From positions 63,116,001 through 63,180,000 of the forward strand of contig OX597820.1 in NCBI GenBank assembly GCA_951406725.2: DNA of 64,000 nt, read 5' to 3'. The translations under genes and the position numbers were made by a program. Source of the DNA: Octopus vulgaris (Eukaryota). Positions 44,275 to 57,769 of this stretch are shown here, piece by piece (within the stretch, counting starts at the first letter, position 1; each line of letters starts with the position of its first letter). Under the pieces are notes generated by a model. That model saw nothing but the letters and a program-made list of their open reading frames with translations. It searched no databases and was not told where the DNA came from.

Positions 44275-44879
44275 GTGTGTGGTGACGTTCAACAAATAGT
44301 GGAGCGCACGATCAGACAAAAGTAAAGATATGGCCGTAGTCTAATGACTGAAAAAAGAAAAAAAGAAAAAAAAAGAAAAAATATAATTACTAATAAGACA
44401 CTCACCCCCCTCACACACACACTAAACCTTGTGAAATTCAGCTACTTAGATTTTCTTGGGGCCAAGCATTAAATATATTTCTTCATGGTGATATCATCGT
44501 CAGAACATAAATCAGTGAATAGCAAATATTAACGGGCTTTTAAGAAGGTCGAATATTTTGTAATATAACATTGGGAAGTGTTATGGTGATTTATGGTTAA
44601 ATCTCACGAAAATATACTTTGAAAACTACGGACATGATGAGAAAAATTCGGTTTTTCATACTCATACAATCCATTATAAATCCATTATGAAAAATCTACA
44701 ACGAAAATGACATAAAACTCATACAACAACACTGGGGGGCAATGAAAACGAAAGCTTATTGTCCATACCTACAAGGTTTTGTTATTCTTTTCATATGGAA
44801 GTTGAGAAACGATATGCAAATCAAGAGTTAAATAATGTTTTGTAAAATTTGTTTCCTCTGGAAATTTGATTTGGAAAAT

Positions 44880-45400
44880 CTTAAATCACAATGGACTACA
44901 TAGAACAGGTATTAGGTTTGTCGTTCAGCCGACCAATAAAACATAACCTATTGATCTATCATCAAATTGTTGATACCGTCACAACTATTTGTCTTGCAGG
45001 AATTTGGCACCAATAGTGAAACGCCTATCTCGCAAACAACAACAACATCAGTACTCTCGAAGCCAGCATTGACAATTTCAGGATCTACAATAACTGTGAG
45101 AACATTACCACCAATAATAGCCCGTCTGATGAAGAAATCACTTCTTGTCCGTTGCTGGAAACCACCTTCAAACAACGTATAACATTACCAATCATTACAA
45201 TGGGAAATTGCATTAGTTGAAAGATATTCTCAATTTCTCACAGGAAGCACGCGAGGAAAATAAGGAAAACTCTCCCATCCAGCGATAAAGAAGTGTTCAC
45301 TCCAGTGACAGAGAACTGAAGATGGTAAAGAAGAGTTCCCTGTTGGATGATGTGGTCGACATGAAATTTAGTCTTCACCGAAACGGAAACCAGACTGTCA
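44880..45400 (+). mobile_element. Penelope-like element 3' end: GIY-YIG C-terminal remnant followed by a degenerate hammerhead (45306-45400)
   Basis: ORF 44967-45182 ends ARLMKKSLLVRCWKPPSN (cf. R..KESLLI...KP.LN). Downstream is CTGAAGA-t-GGTaAAGA...TCTTcACC-GAAAC with flanking tgacag/ctgtca. Confidence 0.55.
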
Positions 45401-46034
45401 TAAATGCTATTTCAGAATATTTGTGTGATAGGATTTGCTTGAATATATTAATCATTTCTATTGCTGGCCTGATATTTTGCGGTCTTTGGGTAGTCGATTA
45501 CATCTAGACAAGTGCTCAACCTATCGGCCCCAAAAGGACAAAATGGCAAAGCCGGCATTTAAACTCAGGAGGTAAATATATTTAATGTGCAACAAATGAA
45601 TATGATCAGATATACTAGGGTTAATCTAAAGGAAGACTCTTTATAAAAAACATCTCTTCATATGCTTACAAATGAGTTAGCGACCTCTCCATTATATATT
45701 CAATTAGACACATCTGGCATTGCTGTCTTCTTTTTCTTCTTTCTCCAATCAGGACTCACGCCATTAACCACAAAGAACAATCTCTAATTCGAACCTACTC
45801 TAAGCTCCTAAGAATGCGTGTGGAAACTTGAAGATCCACCCACCACACGCGATAGTCTGGCGGTTGCACGGGCGCGAAAGCTACATTGTTATCCTCATTT
45901 CGTAAACGGTGGGTTTTAACGGGTGGAGAGCTGATCCATCCTGGGGTATGGAGGATTCGCAATCTAGACTAGGGTCTGAAAATTTACCACACCATAGTGC
46001 GTTATATCATGGTTCCTCGGCTTTGTGGCAGAAG

Positions 46035-46230
46035 TAGGAAGAAAGGGTGAGAAAAAGTTGTGCTGAAATAGTTACAGCGGGGTTCCCCCCCCCCGTCGGT
46101 GCCACGCGGAGCTTAGGTGTTTTTGCTCAATAAACACGCACAATGCCCGGTCTTACGACCGCGTTCTTACGACCGCGTTCTTACGACCGCGAGTGCGCTG
46201 CCCTAACCACTGGGCCATTGCACCTCCACT
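46035..46230 (-). mobile_element. SINE family A 5' part, with a local 14-bp triplication
   Basis: ...gctcaataaacacgcacaatgcccggtc...ccctaaccactgggccattgcacctccac; tcttacgaccgcg occurs three times. Confidence 0.8.
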
Positions 46231-47278
46231 CGGCATTACTGTAAGACGGTAACAAACAGAAATGTTAGTTTGTAAAACAAAATAACTTATGGCTTTTAGT
46301 GATGGCCTTTTGATTTAATTTTCCCAATGGTTATCTTTTTTTTCATTATTCTGATGTCGATAAAATAAAGTCCCACTTAAATAATAACTTCAATTTTATC
46401 AGTTATTTCCCTCCCTCAAATTGCGTCTTTTTTCTAAAATTAAGCTATCATGGCAATGAATTATTTCAAGATGGTAAGCAAAGAGAAGTTTGTTAGACTA
46501 CCAGAGAAAATAACCTGTAGTAGTCATGGTTATTTAAGTAATGGGTTCAAACCCTGTCGAACTATACTCTGATTTCATTCGTTCGTGGTTCATAAGTATA
46601 TTTTCCCAAATTTTTGGCTTTGTGCATATTTAGCAACAAATATCTAAGTGTTATTCTCTATTATAAACGTAACAATGAAATATCTGGAGAGATCTACATG
46701 GAAGTCATCCTAGACATTGATACAATTCAATAACATTAAAGCAACTTGATATTTCCTCCCTTGTCTGTACCTTAATGCCACATGTCGATATCTTTGAATA
46801 ATGGCTTTAGGTAATTTCATTGAGAAGTCAGTAAGTTTCTAAACCGACTCAGCTTCTTTCTTCCATAAGAAATTATAATCACTTGTGGTGCTTCATCAAT
46901 TATTTATCATTATTGTCACTGATGTCATGAAAAATGACGCTGGGGTTTTGGCTTCTTCGTGTGTGAATGTTTGAACGCCGGAGATACAGTTTGTATGCTA
47001 ACGCTCAATAGAAGTAGCTTCACTTTGCGATGTCAAGTTTTCAGATACCTGGAGGTTATTTGGAATATCATCACAATTGTTCGCATTAAGTTTGAATTGT
47101 AGTGACATGTACATACATACATGCATACATACATACATACATATATATATATGTACATATATATATATAGAGAGAGAGACACACACAAACACATATAAAT
47201 ATATGTATATATATGTATATTTATACATATATATATATATATATACATATGTGTGTGTGTTTGTTTATATATATATAT

Positions 47279-47332
<54 letters not shown>

Positions 47333-47494
47333 TACTGATATTTTTTTAATATTTCTTATATATTATATATGTAAAGTATATTATACATGTATGTATATTG
47401 TTATAATTGTCCTTTTAGTAAATAAATAAATAAACATAATATAATGTCTAAAAGTTGATCTCCTCTTATTCCTCTGTCTCTTTCTCTGTGTTTT

Positions 47495-47924
47495 TCTCTT
47501 TACTTGTTTCAGTCATTTGACTGCGGCCATGCTGGAGCACCGCCTTTAGTCGAGCAAATCAACCCCGGGACTTATTTTTTGTAAGCCCAGTACTTATGTT
47601 ATCGGTCTCTTTTGCCGAATCGCTAAGTGACGGGGACGTAAACACACCACCATCGGTTGTTAAGCAATGCTAGGGGGACAAACACAGACACACAAACACA
47701 CAGACACACAAACACACAGACACACATATATTTATATGTATATATATATATATATGTACATATATAGGACAGGCTTCTTTCATTTTCCGTCTACCAAATC
47801 CACTCACAAGGCTTTGGTCGGCCCGGGGCTATACCAGAAGACACTTGCCCAAGATGCCACGCAGTGGTACTGAACCGGGAACCATGTGGTTGGTTAGCAA
47901 GCTACTTACCACACAGCCACTCCT
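47495..47924 (-). mobile_element. Near full-length tRNA-derived SINE, family B
   Basis: Minus-strand head ggagtggctgtgtggtaagtagcttgc...ggttcagtacc, internal (CA)/(TA) tract, tail ...cagtcaaatgactgaaacaagtaaag. Multiple copies in the window. Confidence 0.9.
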
Positions 47925-48193
47925 TCACTATATATATATATATAGTGAAGGCGCATGGCTCATTAGTAAGAGCAAATACACTCTATTTCATTTTGTTCTA
48001 GTTCACTCTCAGTTGTAGAAAGGAGTCGTGACGTCACTGATGCCAAGCTGTATCGGCCACTGACTTTCCCTCGATGTCGTGGTGAGGGAAACCAGTAAGC
48101 ATAAACAACCCTGCTTGGACTTGTGCCTCGGAGGGTAGCTTTCCGGGTCATTCATGACCGAAGGAGATATATCCTATTCTTTTATCCTTCTAT

Positions 48194-48510
48194 TCTCTTA
48201 TTTGTTTCAGTCATTTGACTGCGGCCGTGCTGCAGCACCGACTTTAGTCGAACAAACGGAAACTTGGACTTATTATTTGTAAGCCTAATACTTATTCTAT
48301 GCGTCTCTCTTGTCGAACCGCTACGTTATGGGGTTGTATACACACCAATATCGGTTTTCAAGCGATGATGGAAGGGACAAACACACACAAACAAACAAAT
48401 ATATATATATATACGATGGGCTTATTTCAGTTTCCGTCTAGCAAATCTACTCACAAGGCTTTGGTCGGCCCGAGGCTATAGCAGAAGGCACCTGCCCAAG
48501 GTGCCACATA
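48194..48510 (-). mobile_element. SINE family B, 5'-truncated copy
   Basis: Collinear with 47495-47865. Confidence 0.85.
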
Positions 48511-48559
48511 GCAGGAAGGCATAACAAGCATCTGAAGCCATATGCATTATTTTATATTA

Positions 48560-50290
48560 TTCTTAAATTTGTTGCGGCCTTACAGCCGTTTCTGTGATGT
48601 CCCAAATGATAGGCGAGTATGACTGAATATGTGGTACTCCGTCATCAGAGACAACTAAAGAAAATATAAAAGATCTGGACATGGTCATATTCAGATAAAA
48701 GATCTGGACGTGGAAAATTTGCAGATAATAAACAATGAAATAAAAGTGTAGAGAGTAAGAAAATAAGGAAATAAACTTCACATTTTTTAGAGGGTATGGA
48801 TATTAGTCCGTATGATCTAAGGTAAAATCCAAGGTAAATCCAGGTAGCATTACAACAAAGTGTGAGTATTATGATTACAACATAAATATCTAGGCAATAT
48901 TTTGGCAGAAATGAGAATGGTGTATTCATATCGTGATGGCAGGTTTGTGAGAGAATGACCATAAAAGTGGCTATTGAGCAAAGTGGAAGGAGAAAGAGAA
49001 AGAGAAAGAAAATAGAAAGAACGGGAAAGAGATGTTAATGTGGAGAGAGAGAGAAATGAGGTAGCGTGTGGAGATAGAGAGAGGAGGAAGTGACAGAGTA
49101 TTAGCAAGTATTGGCTAGAAGTATTGGCTAGAAGAATATAAATAATGAAATAAAAGAAATACTAAAATATAGAGTAATACATATAAAAACTAAAAATATA
49201 TAAAATGAAAATATATGAAATAAAAATAAAATATATAAAAAGTAGAATTTAAAATAAGAATATGAATAAATTGTAAAAATAAGGGAACAGATAAAAGAAG
49301 AGAGGAAGAAGATCATAAAAAATAAAAGGATCAAAGAGATTACGAAAAGAGATAAAGTGAATAATAGATGCCGGCACCATTCCTCAAGTTTAGGGTTGGA
49401 GCAAGAGGTCAAGCAGTAAGTATTTGTGTCTGTTAAATAGATCAAGTTCGAGTTGGTTATGGTCAGTAGTTATAGATATATTCCTACATATGGGGCTATG
49501 AATACATTTTAGGATGAATGGAGAGGCAGGCATGAATGGAGAAAGCAGTTAAATATTTAATTGTTTAGGAATAAAAGTTACAGTTTAGGATTTGGAGATC
49601 TAAGAGGTTAAGGTTTAAAGTTTAGGAGATTAAATTAAAACCACCCGGTTTAAAGTAAAGAATTAAGTTATCTTCTAATGTTCTAGGGATAGACATCGGT
49701 ATATTATAACGAGCATGGAAATATGCAAGTAAGCTTTATGTGGGAAGGGTAAGTTTACACTTGGACTTGTGCAAAAATTTAAATGTGCGGAAAAATATGT
49801 TTACAAATTGTGAATGCTTCGTTATATTGGTTGAATAATTGTGGTGAGTTATGAGTTAAATTTTGGAGGGCCTCCTTTAGGCAGAGTCCACAGGTGGAGC
49901 GCTGGCGTAATATGGAATACCAGAATCCATTATAGCCCAGGATGTCCTATACTGTATTTTCCTATTAATTAGATGGTGTATGTGGCTGGCTACGAATGTA
50001 GAGTTGTTATGCTCTTTATATATTTAAACGAGTTTAAATGACAGAATATATTTGTTGAAAGTAATGGTAGATCCGATATAGTAGATAGAGGAATTACTTA
50101 ATAAGTTCTAGACAGTGTATTTGTATACCACATTGAAGCTTTTGCAATGGACTTGCAACGGGCAATCGGTCCCAGACCTGCAGCTGCAACTTTTTGTTCT
50201 AAGTTGGTCTGTTGGAGAGAGGGCTGAAGTCATGCGATTTATGGACAAGTTGAAGGCTAGGGTTGTATTAGGTGCTCATATTATAAGTAA
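48560..50290 (-). mobile_element. Penelope-like element 3' portion: GIY-YIG endonuclease remnant (about 49797-50200), low-complexity 3' region and terminal hammerhead
   Basis: Minus-strand translation across frameshifts: CSCRSGTDCPLQVHC..FNVVYKYTV...YYIGST...HLNSFKY...STFVASHIHHL...SWAIM...PY...CGLCLKEAL...LFNQYNEAFTICKH, the PLE GIY-YIG signature. An HHR-like motif lies downstream on the same strand. Confidence 0.85.
48577..48652 (-). ncRNA. Degenerate type I hammerhead motif in PLE pLTR
   Basis: Minus strand: GTCT-CTGATGA-cggagta...catcaca-GAAAC-ggct-GTA-AGGC; base of stem II is eroded. Confidence 0.65.
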
Positions 50291-50312
50291 TGCTGTCAAT
50301 AGTAGTAGCACT

Positions 50313-50692
50313 GTAGAGGCGCAATGACCCAGTGGTTAGGGCAGCGGACTCGCGGTCGTAGGATCGTGGTTTCGATTTCCAGACCGGGCGATGTGAGTGT
50401 TTATTGAGCGAAAACACCTAAAGCTCCACGAGGGATGGTAGTGATCCCTGCTGTACTCTTTCACCACAACTTTCTCTCACTCTTACTTCCTGTTTCTGTT
50501 GTACCTGTATTTCAAAGGGCCGGCCTTGTCACTCTCTGTGTCACGCTGAATATCCCCGAGAACTACGTTAAGGGTACACGTGTCTGTGGAGTGCTCAGCC
50601 ACTTACACGTTAATTTCACGAGCAGGCTGTTCCGTTGATCGGATCAACCGGAACCCTCGTCATCGTAACCGACGGAGTGCTTCCATCCATCC
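50313..50692 (+). mobile_element. Full-length tRNA-derived SINE, family A, with 12-bp TSD
   Basis: A/B-box head, (tcca)n tail, TSD agtagtagcact at 50301-50312 and 50693-50704. Confidence 0.92.
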
Positions 50693-50740
50693 AGTAGTAG
50701 CACTATTAGTATTAGTAGCAGTAGTAATATTAGTAGTAGC

Positions 50741-50777
<37 letters not shown>

Positions 50778-51540
50778 GTAGTAGTAGTAGTAGTATTAGT
50801 AGTAGTAGTAGTAGTAGTAGTAGTAGCTACAGCAGCAGCAGTAGGAGTAGTAGTAGTTGTTGTTATATTAATATTAGTAATAGTAGTATTTTCATTGGTA
50901 GCAGTATTTGTATTATTGTTAATATTGTAAGTATATATATATATATATATATATATGTGCGTGCGTGTGTGTGTGTATGTATGTGCGTACGTCTGTATGT
51001 CCGAGTGTGTATGTGTGTATCAATAAATGTATTAGTATCATTAATGCGTTGTATAGTTTATAGAACAGTTCTACTTCAAACAAAACGATGCAGATCGATG
51101 ATCAAATTGTTTTGCAGCCAAAAGCAGACTATATATTTTCAGATTGGGATTCCGACGCCCAAAAGTTTTTTTCCTATTATTATTGATACAGAGAATACTT
51201 GCAGAAATTCCTCGGCTAGTTTTAGGCCATAGTGTCACTCATTAACTTTCACGCACCCAGTTATAATTTCCTGTTATTTCCAACATAATCTTTTGGTTAA
51301 TCTCTTGAAAACCTTGTATCTTTCCTTCGCTCATCTGTTGTCTTTAACTGTTTTCCCATTCAGGCTTGTACAACATTGTTTTAACTCACACCAGCAATCT
51401 TAGTTTACCTTCTTTCATGGTCATTATTTCGTCATTCATTATTCAAAATCTCTTAGCTCCATTACCTAAATTAATTCATTTTTCCCGCTTTTTTTTTATT
51501 TTCCTCCGTCGTTCCTGATACTCCTTTACTCTTTTACTCT

Positions 51541-51765
51541 TTTATTCTTTTCCTTGTTTCAGCCATTTGACTGTGGCCATGCTGGAGCACCGCATTTATT
51601 CGAGCAAATCGAACCCAGCACTTATTCTTTGTAAGCCTAGTACTTATTCTATCGGATTCTTTTGCCGAACCGCTAAGATACGGGGACGTAATCACACCAG
51701 TATCAGTTGTCGAGCGATGTTGGGGGGGTCAATCACAGACACACAAACATACACACACACACACA

Positions 51766-51823
<58 letters not shown>

Positions 51824-51865
51824 CCTGTGGTTGGTGAGCAATCTACTTACCACACAGCCACTCCT
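51541..51865 (-). mobile_element. SINE family B with internal deletion
   Basis: Tail and head match 47495-47924; the core segment is missing. Confidence 0.85.
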
Positions 51866-52493
51866 AAGCCTTTCTTTATTCTTACTTCTTATTTCTTCTC
51901 TTGGCTTCTTTCTCAATCTTTCCTTGTATTTACTCTGCCTTTCAAGATTCAATCCTGGTTGTCATGCTCTATGATCATTGTCTACCGTCATACAACATAA
52001 GCTATTTCGGTAATGAAATAATTTAGGAAACATTTTAAATCTTATATTCGGAACATTCATATCTAGGATATACCGTTGCATATATTTTAAGAAGAAAGTT
52101 AGGAACATGGCTATTAATTTATAAATGATTGAATAGAGATATAGAAATTTACTTGCTACGTGTAGACATACACGTACGAACACACACACATATGTGTGCA
52201 TAAAAATGGTGGTGCACACATCATCCTCCACCATCCAGTTTTATAAACACAGCTAATTTTCGTATCTGTGTGTGTATATGTGTGTGAGCCAATAACGACG
52301 TGTATGAGTGATTATATTTGTACGTGCCAGTGGCAATCATCGGAGTTTCTCTCCTTCACTCTCTTTTGCGTTCGCTTTCTCTGCCGCAGAATTACATTTT
52401 TCATTTACTTTCTACTGCGCCACAGACGTTTTACCCTATCCTTTGCGCATTAATACCATAGTTAATTACTGATTTTTCTGTCTTGCTATACAG

Positions 52494-52525
<32 letters not shown>

Positions 52526-53149
52526 ACGTATACATACATGTAAGTGTAGATATAGATAAATTGTGTCCATGTTTGTATATATATATATATATATGTTTGG
52601 GTGTGTGTATATGTGTATACATTTGTATGTACCCCAACATGCTTACACACACTTTCGAATGCACATACATACATAAACACACTTAATGGACGCAACCCAC
52701 ATTATACTACAGTTCACTGTAGATGAAAGATGTATAGCATATCATTATTTTCTCAGCACACAGACAGTATATTAACTTTTGATGAACGAAACGTGTTAAG
52801 TTTAAATAAATAATATACTCTGCGATGAGTGATCACTTCCATCTTCCATTTATAAATATTGCTATTAGACATTCATACAATCATGCAGATATGTATGTAT
52901 GTACGCATTTTCTGGCAGCACGTTGAACCGTTCTTGCTCCTTGAATGATGAAATATCTGTAAGGTTTTAGAACGTAACTGATTTTTCTAGTGCTCCTGAG
53001 TCTCGTGTCCGGTCCCAGCATGGAATCACAAGGCAAAGAAAAGTTACTGTGTATTGTACATGTATGCTGACGTCGCTCACTCCTTTACACACATGAGGGT
53101 TGGTCCCCTTATAGGAATTACATAAGTGTCCTCGAATGTTTCAACGGAA

Positions 53150-54055
53150 ATGCCTGAGCCACATCTTGAATATTGGCTGGTCATTGCGGTCTCTTGGGAG
53201 GAGCCGACACCCTGGGCATAGAGCCGATGGCGTACAAACATCTTTCTTCAGATGAATGATCAGAAAATCTCTAAGCAGATGCTATATGATAAACATGTTT
53301 GTGGAAATCACCTGCAGCAGAGACTAATGCTAAACTTAATCGAACTGATCGGGAGCAGAAGGCCAGTGTCATGAATAGGGAGTATTATTTCGAAGCCCTC
53401 ACATCCGTGAAAAGGACGTGGAGAACCGGTCAGGTAGACTCAGCCAACTTGTATTTCCTGTCAACACTTCTATACGCCTGTGGTATTTGGATGCTGTACC
53501 GCCGTGACTTCAAGCGCCTCGAACGCTTCCAGCAATTCCAGCCTCGACAGATTCGATGGGAAGATCACATTAGAAACAACAAGTTTCTTCGTCGCGCTTC
53601 ACTATCAAGCGTCGAAGCCACCATTCTTCGTCATCGTCGCCACTGGACGAGTCCTGTCCAGCGTATGGAGCACTCTCGTCTCCTGAGGATCATGCTTTAC
53701 GGAGAACTTGCAATCGGAACAAGACTCAGAGGAGGCCTGAAATTCCGTTTTAAAGACCAGCTCAAACGCATCCTGGCTCAAACTAACATCCAGCCATCCT
53801 CATTTGAACCGACTGCCATGGAAAGTACGGCCTGGAGGACTGCCGTCCGAATGAAAACCTAAAACGCAGGATAAGAAAGGAGCGTATTTAACATCTTCGA
53901 CCCACATCGACCATCCTGTGCGAATTCTGTCCATGACTCATTCACCACCGACTCCAAAGTCACATTCGGCACAAACATCTGCTGAGGAGACTGGAAAAAA
54001 CTGACGAAACCAATCCTCGGATACGAGCTGGAACCGAATAGTAGTAGTAGTAATA
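53150..54055 (+). mobile_element. RTE-clade LINE 3' fragment(s) (RT C-terminal region) with (TAG)n tail
   Basis: ORF 53299-53862: STLLYACGIWMLYRRD.KRLERFQQ...IRWEDHIRN..LRRA...RMEHSRL.RIMLYGELA.G.R.RGG.K.RFKDQLK, typical of RTE/BovB-like elements. Confidence 0.9.
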
Positions 54056-54061
54056 ACCCTT

Positions 54062-54240
54062 TGCTCCTTTAGGCGCAAAGCCTAAAATTTTAATGGATGG
54101 TGAGAGTGGATTACATAGATCATAGTTCTCCACTGGTACTTATACCATCGACCACAAGACATAAGATGTAAGGTCGAACTCGTCGGACAGATTAACGTTA
54201 AACATTTTAGCCGGCGCGCAAACGGTTCTGCCACCCTATC
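54062..54240 (-). mobile_element. SINE family C, diverged fragment
   Basis: cactggtacttat...aaggtcgaactcg...cggcgcgcaaacggttctgcca. Confidence 0.55.
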
Positions 54241-56149
54241 CTGCAAAGTGAATTTAGTGGGGTATTTTTTGTGCATATGTGGAAAATTATATGTTGAATA
54301 CAGTAAGTGAAAAATGAAAATAAATATGAATAAATAAATTGTGAGTGTAATAATTGCGTGTAGGAAATATATTTTTTTTTAGATAGACGTAAAAATTAAT
54401 CATGTATGTTGATGGAGTTGTAAATAAAATATGCAATTATTATGAAGTGAAGAGCACGCGTGAGACAAAATGACCTAAATATGAGGTAGAAGATATGTTT
54501 TAGCGTTGGAAATGGAGACAGAATCCTGAACGTCTGTAGCATGGAGAAAGTCTCATTAAAAGAAAAAAAAACATTTCATATTGATGGAATATTTTGTATA
54601 TTTTTTTACGTCTGATTAGGGAAAAAACTTTACAGCACACACATAGCATACGGTTAGTCAACAATATTGTTAATATATAGAAAACAAAAACCTGGAATTA
54701 TCACACAAATCGCCATAACTATAGAACCTAAACAAATTGCTTCTTTCTTAAATTTATGCATGTCTCGCCCTGCCTGTAAACCACTTATTCCGTTTAATAT
54801 TTACAGATCAGAACTTGACTGACGCCTACGTATACACTGCACAAAAACCGAATAGTGAGTAGTCAGTAAGCAAATTATAAAAAAAAAAAAACTGCTATCA
54901 TTTGGAGGGATATTGTATATTAGACTATGCATTTTAGTCACTCAATTCCCTATATTTATATCCAATAACTTATTGACGTGTTCTGTAGTACAGCGTAGTT
55001 TTTAAAAGTTTATAAATAGCATTGACATTAGCGGTTAAGAGGACGCACGCTTTCAAATCAGGATTGAAACTCGTACAGCTGATTTCTATTCTCTAGTCTA
55101 TGAAAATAGTGTATTAGAAGTAAACTTAGTTACGTATCAGCTTATATACTCGTTTTCCCCTAACACTATGGATAGATAATCTGTACATACAGGTTTGGAA
55201 AAATACAAATCCTAAGCGCATCAGTAATTAAATATTATACGAAGTAGTTGTCAATAATACGATGTAATATGCAAATCAGTCCATCTGATTTACTTAAGCT
55301 TAATTAGCTAGAAATAATGGGTTAATGAGCAATGATCCTAATTTCCGCATGGTGGTGACATCTAAACCTAAGTTTGAAGTAAATGCGACTGATATTTTTA
55401 CTGCCCATGAAACGGAGTAAAGACAAACTGTTTACAAGTGTGACATAAAATTTTGTTTGCATCTGTGAAGTATTATGTATTCATACTTCAGGTAAGTCTT
55501 TCTGAAGTGTGTGCAACATGATAGCAAACAGTATAATACTCACATCAGCTCTGACAACCAATATCTAATATTCATGTCTATTAGATTTTATTAATGTTTG
55601 CTATGTTCCACCAATATAAATTTACTGTGGATCTTTATTCCTGGCTGTTACGGAGGAATCATTGATCGGAAGAGACAAATGATTAAACATGATGCAGGCA
55701 TTTCCATTACATCTTATTTTCAGACAGTATATCTAGAATCACATTAAGATTGTACAATGTAATTTAAAAGAAATATCAAAGGTTATAGATGCCTTGATGC
55801 AGTTCGAAGTTGATCGGGAAAATTCTATGACAAAAAAGTATTCCAGTCGTGACTCTCACTTTGATTTTAAGGCTGTAAGTACCTCAGATTCTGTTATTCA
55901 AAATATCATTTCTTCTTTATAAGAAATATAGATTTAGCCTCTATATCTTGCACAAGAAAGCCATTTAGATAATCCATCACCAGCTTCATAATTTGATAGA
56001 ATATCAAGTTTGATACACAAACACACACAAAAAAAGTGCGCCTGTGCATGCGTGTATGCATGCGCTTACGCACGCGCCACAGTTATATATCATGTGGAAG
56101 AGTTGAACGACTTCAGAATTTGTTCCTTTAGACAGAGTTTCTTTCTTTT

Positions 56150-56452
56150 CGCCCTTTTCAAGCTTAACGAGGCTCGTGGGCCCGGTTTTCCGGTTTCTGT
56201 GGCGTATGTGTCCCCCCAAGCTGGACGGAACGCCAGTCCATCACAGCGTTACTCAAGAAACAGGAAGAAAGTGTGTGAGAAAATTGTGGGGAAAGAGTAC
56301 AACAGGGGTCGCCACAAACCCCTGCCGGAACCTCGTGGAGCTTTTAGTTGTTTTCGCTCAATAAACACACACAACGCCCGGTCTGGGAATCGAAACCGCG
56401 ATCCTCTGACAGCGAGTCCGCTGCCCTAACCACTGGGCAATTGCGCATCCAC
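56150..56452 (-). mobile_element. SINE with family A head and a different (RTE-tail-like) 3' body
   Basis: 56255-56452 matches family A; 56150-56255 (cccggttttccggtttctgtggcgtatgtgtccccc...cgccagtccatcacag) is unrelated to the family A tail. Confidence 0.75.
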
Positions 56453-56604
56453 TTAGACAGAGCTAATCTGTGATTAATACAAACATGGTGATTGCTCCAC
56501 AAATGAATGCCGTCTCCATGTGTTTCTTCCTAGTAAAGGGCCTTTCTTACATCCTATGACGTCTCTGATGACTATTCAGCCCCACTGCAACACTGGAAGG
56601 TCCG

Positions 56605-56975
56605 AGGCGCAGGCGCAGGTGAAGATGTGTGGTAATAAGCTTGCTTCCCAACTACATAGTTCTAGGTTCAGTCCCACTGCGTGGTACCTTGGACAAGTGT
56701 TTTTAATATAGACGAAAAAAAAACACACACACACACACAACACAAATACACCCAAACGTGCGCCTTTCTGCCTGTGTTTGTCTCCCACCACCGCTTGACA
56801 AACGGTATCGATGTGTTTACGTCTCCACAGCCCAGCGTTTCGGCAAAAGAGCATGGTAGGATAAGTTCTAGGCTTTAAAAAAGTATAAGACTTGGGGCCA
56901 CTTTACTCGATTAAAACCCTTAAAGACCATACCCCTGCATAGCCGCAGTCAAATAATTGAAACAAGTCAAAGATA
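56605..56975 (+). mobile_element. SINE family B-related, diverged
   Basis: gtgtggtaataagcttgcttcccaac...ggttcagtcccactgcgtgg...gccgcagtcaaataattgaaacaag. Confidence 0.8.
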
Positions 56976-57319
56976 GGAGGGAGACGAAAGCTGTAAATTA
57001 CTTTGCGCATTCAACCGGTTACGTAAGCATACATCACCACTGTTTCATCGGCGAAGGACTTTTAGTTGACGGAATGACAATTGAGGTAACCTTAAAGAGA
57101 TGGCTATACACAATTTGATTCATTATAGTGATAAATACCTGAACGTCATGGATTTCACTACCTGGTTCCCTGTGCTTTGTACCTAGTGACTAGTCGAAAG
57201 GACATGGTATAAAACTCTACGATTATGTCCCTCACTCTCAGTGATTTTGCTGAGTCCCCTGTTATCGGGGTGTTCAGACGATGGTCAGCACATATGCAAG
57301 TTTACCTATAACTATTCTG

Positions 57320-57516
57320 ATGTTACGTTCCACAACGTCTCGCGATGGGTGAAAATCCGCGAAGTAGAAACTGAACTGTACGTTATATATATATATATGT
57401 ATTTATAATCTGCATATATTAATTTTACTATAATTTGCAAAACAATACCACGGAGGAATCGATGGAAGCTTAAGTAGTAAACCGTGATAGGAGAACCTAG
57501 ATATGGCGAGGCACTA

Positions 57517-57519
<3 letters not shown>
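57320..57519 (-). mobile_element. Tigger/pogo-like MITE, diverged inverted copy
   Basis: cgcgatgggtgaaaatccgcgaagtagaaac and ccacggaggaatcgatggaagctt are reverse complements of parts of 58246-58680. Confidence 0.75.
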
Positions 57520-57554
<35 letters not shown>

Positions 57555-57618
57555 TTCTAATATAAGGATACGTTTTCGAAAAAAACTTTATCAATGACCA
57601 GCTTATTAAAATTACTTT

Positions 57619-57675
<57 letters not shown>

Positions 57676-57769
57676 GTGTAATAAATAAAATATATGCATA
57701 CATACAAACATATATGTACGTACCGACATCTACATGTATATATACATGCATATATAAATATATATACGT

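Noticed and set aside
45125-45150. CTGATGA-AGAA-atcac-TTCT
   Set aside because: No GAAA after the stem, and it lies within the endonuclease-like coding remnant.
55466-55497. CAG/GTAAGT donor-like site and tgaagtat/atacttca mini-hairpin
   Set aside because: An isolated motif with no supporting acceptor or ORF; expected by chance.
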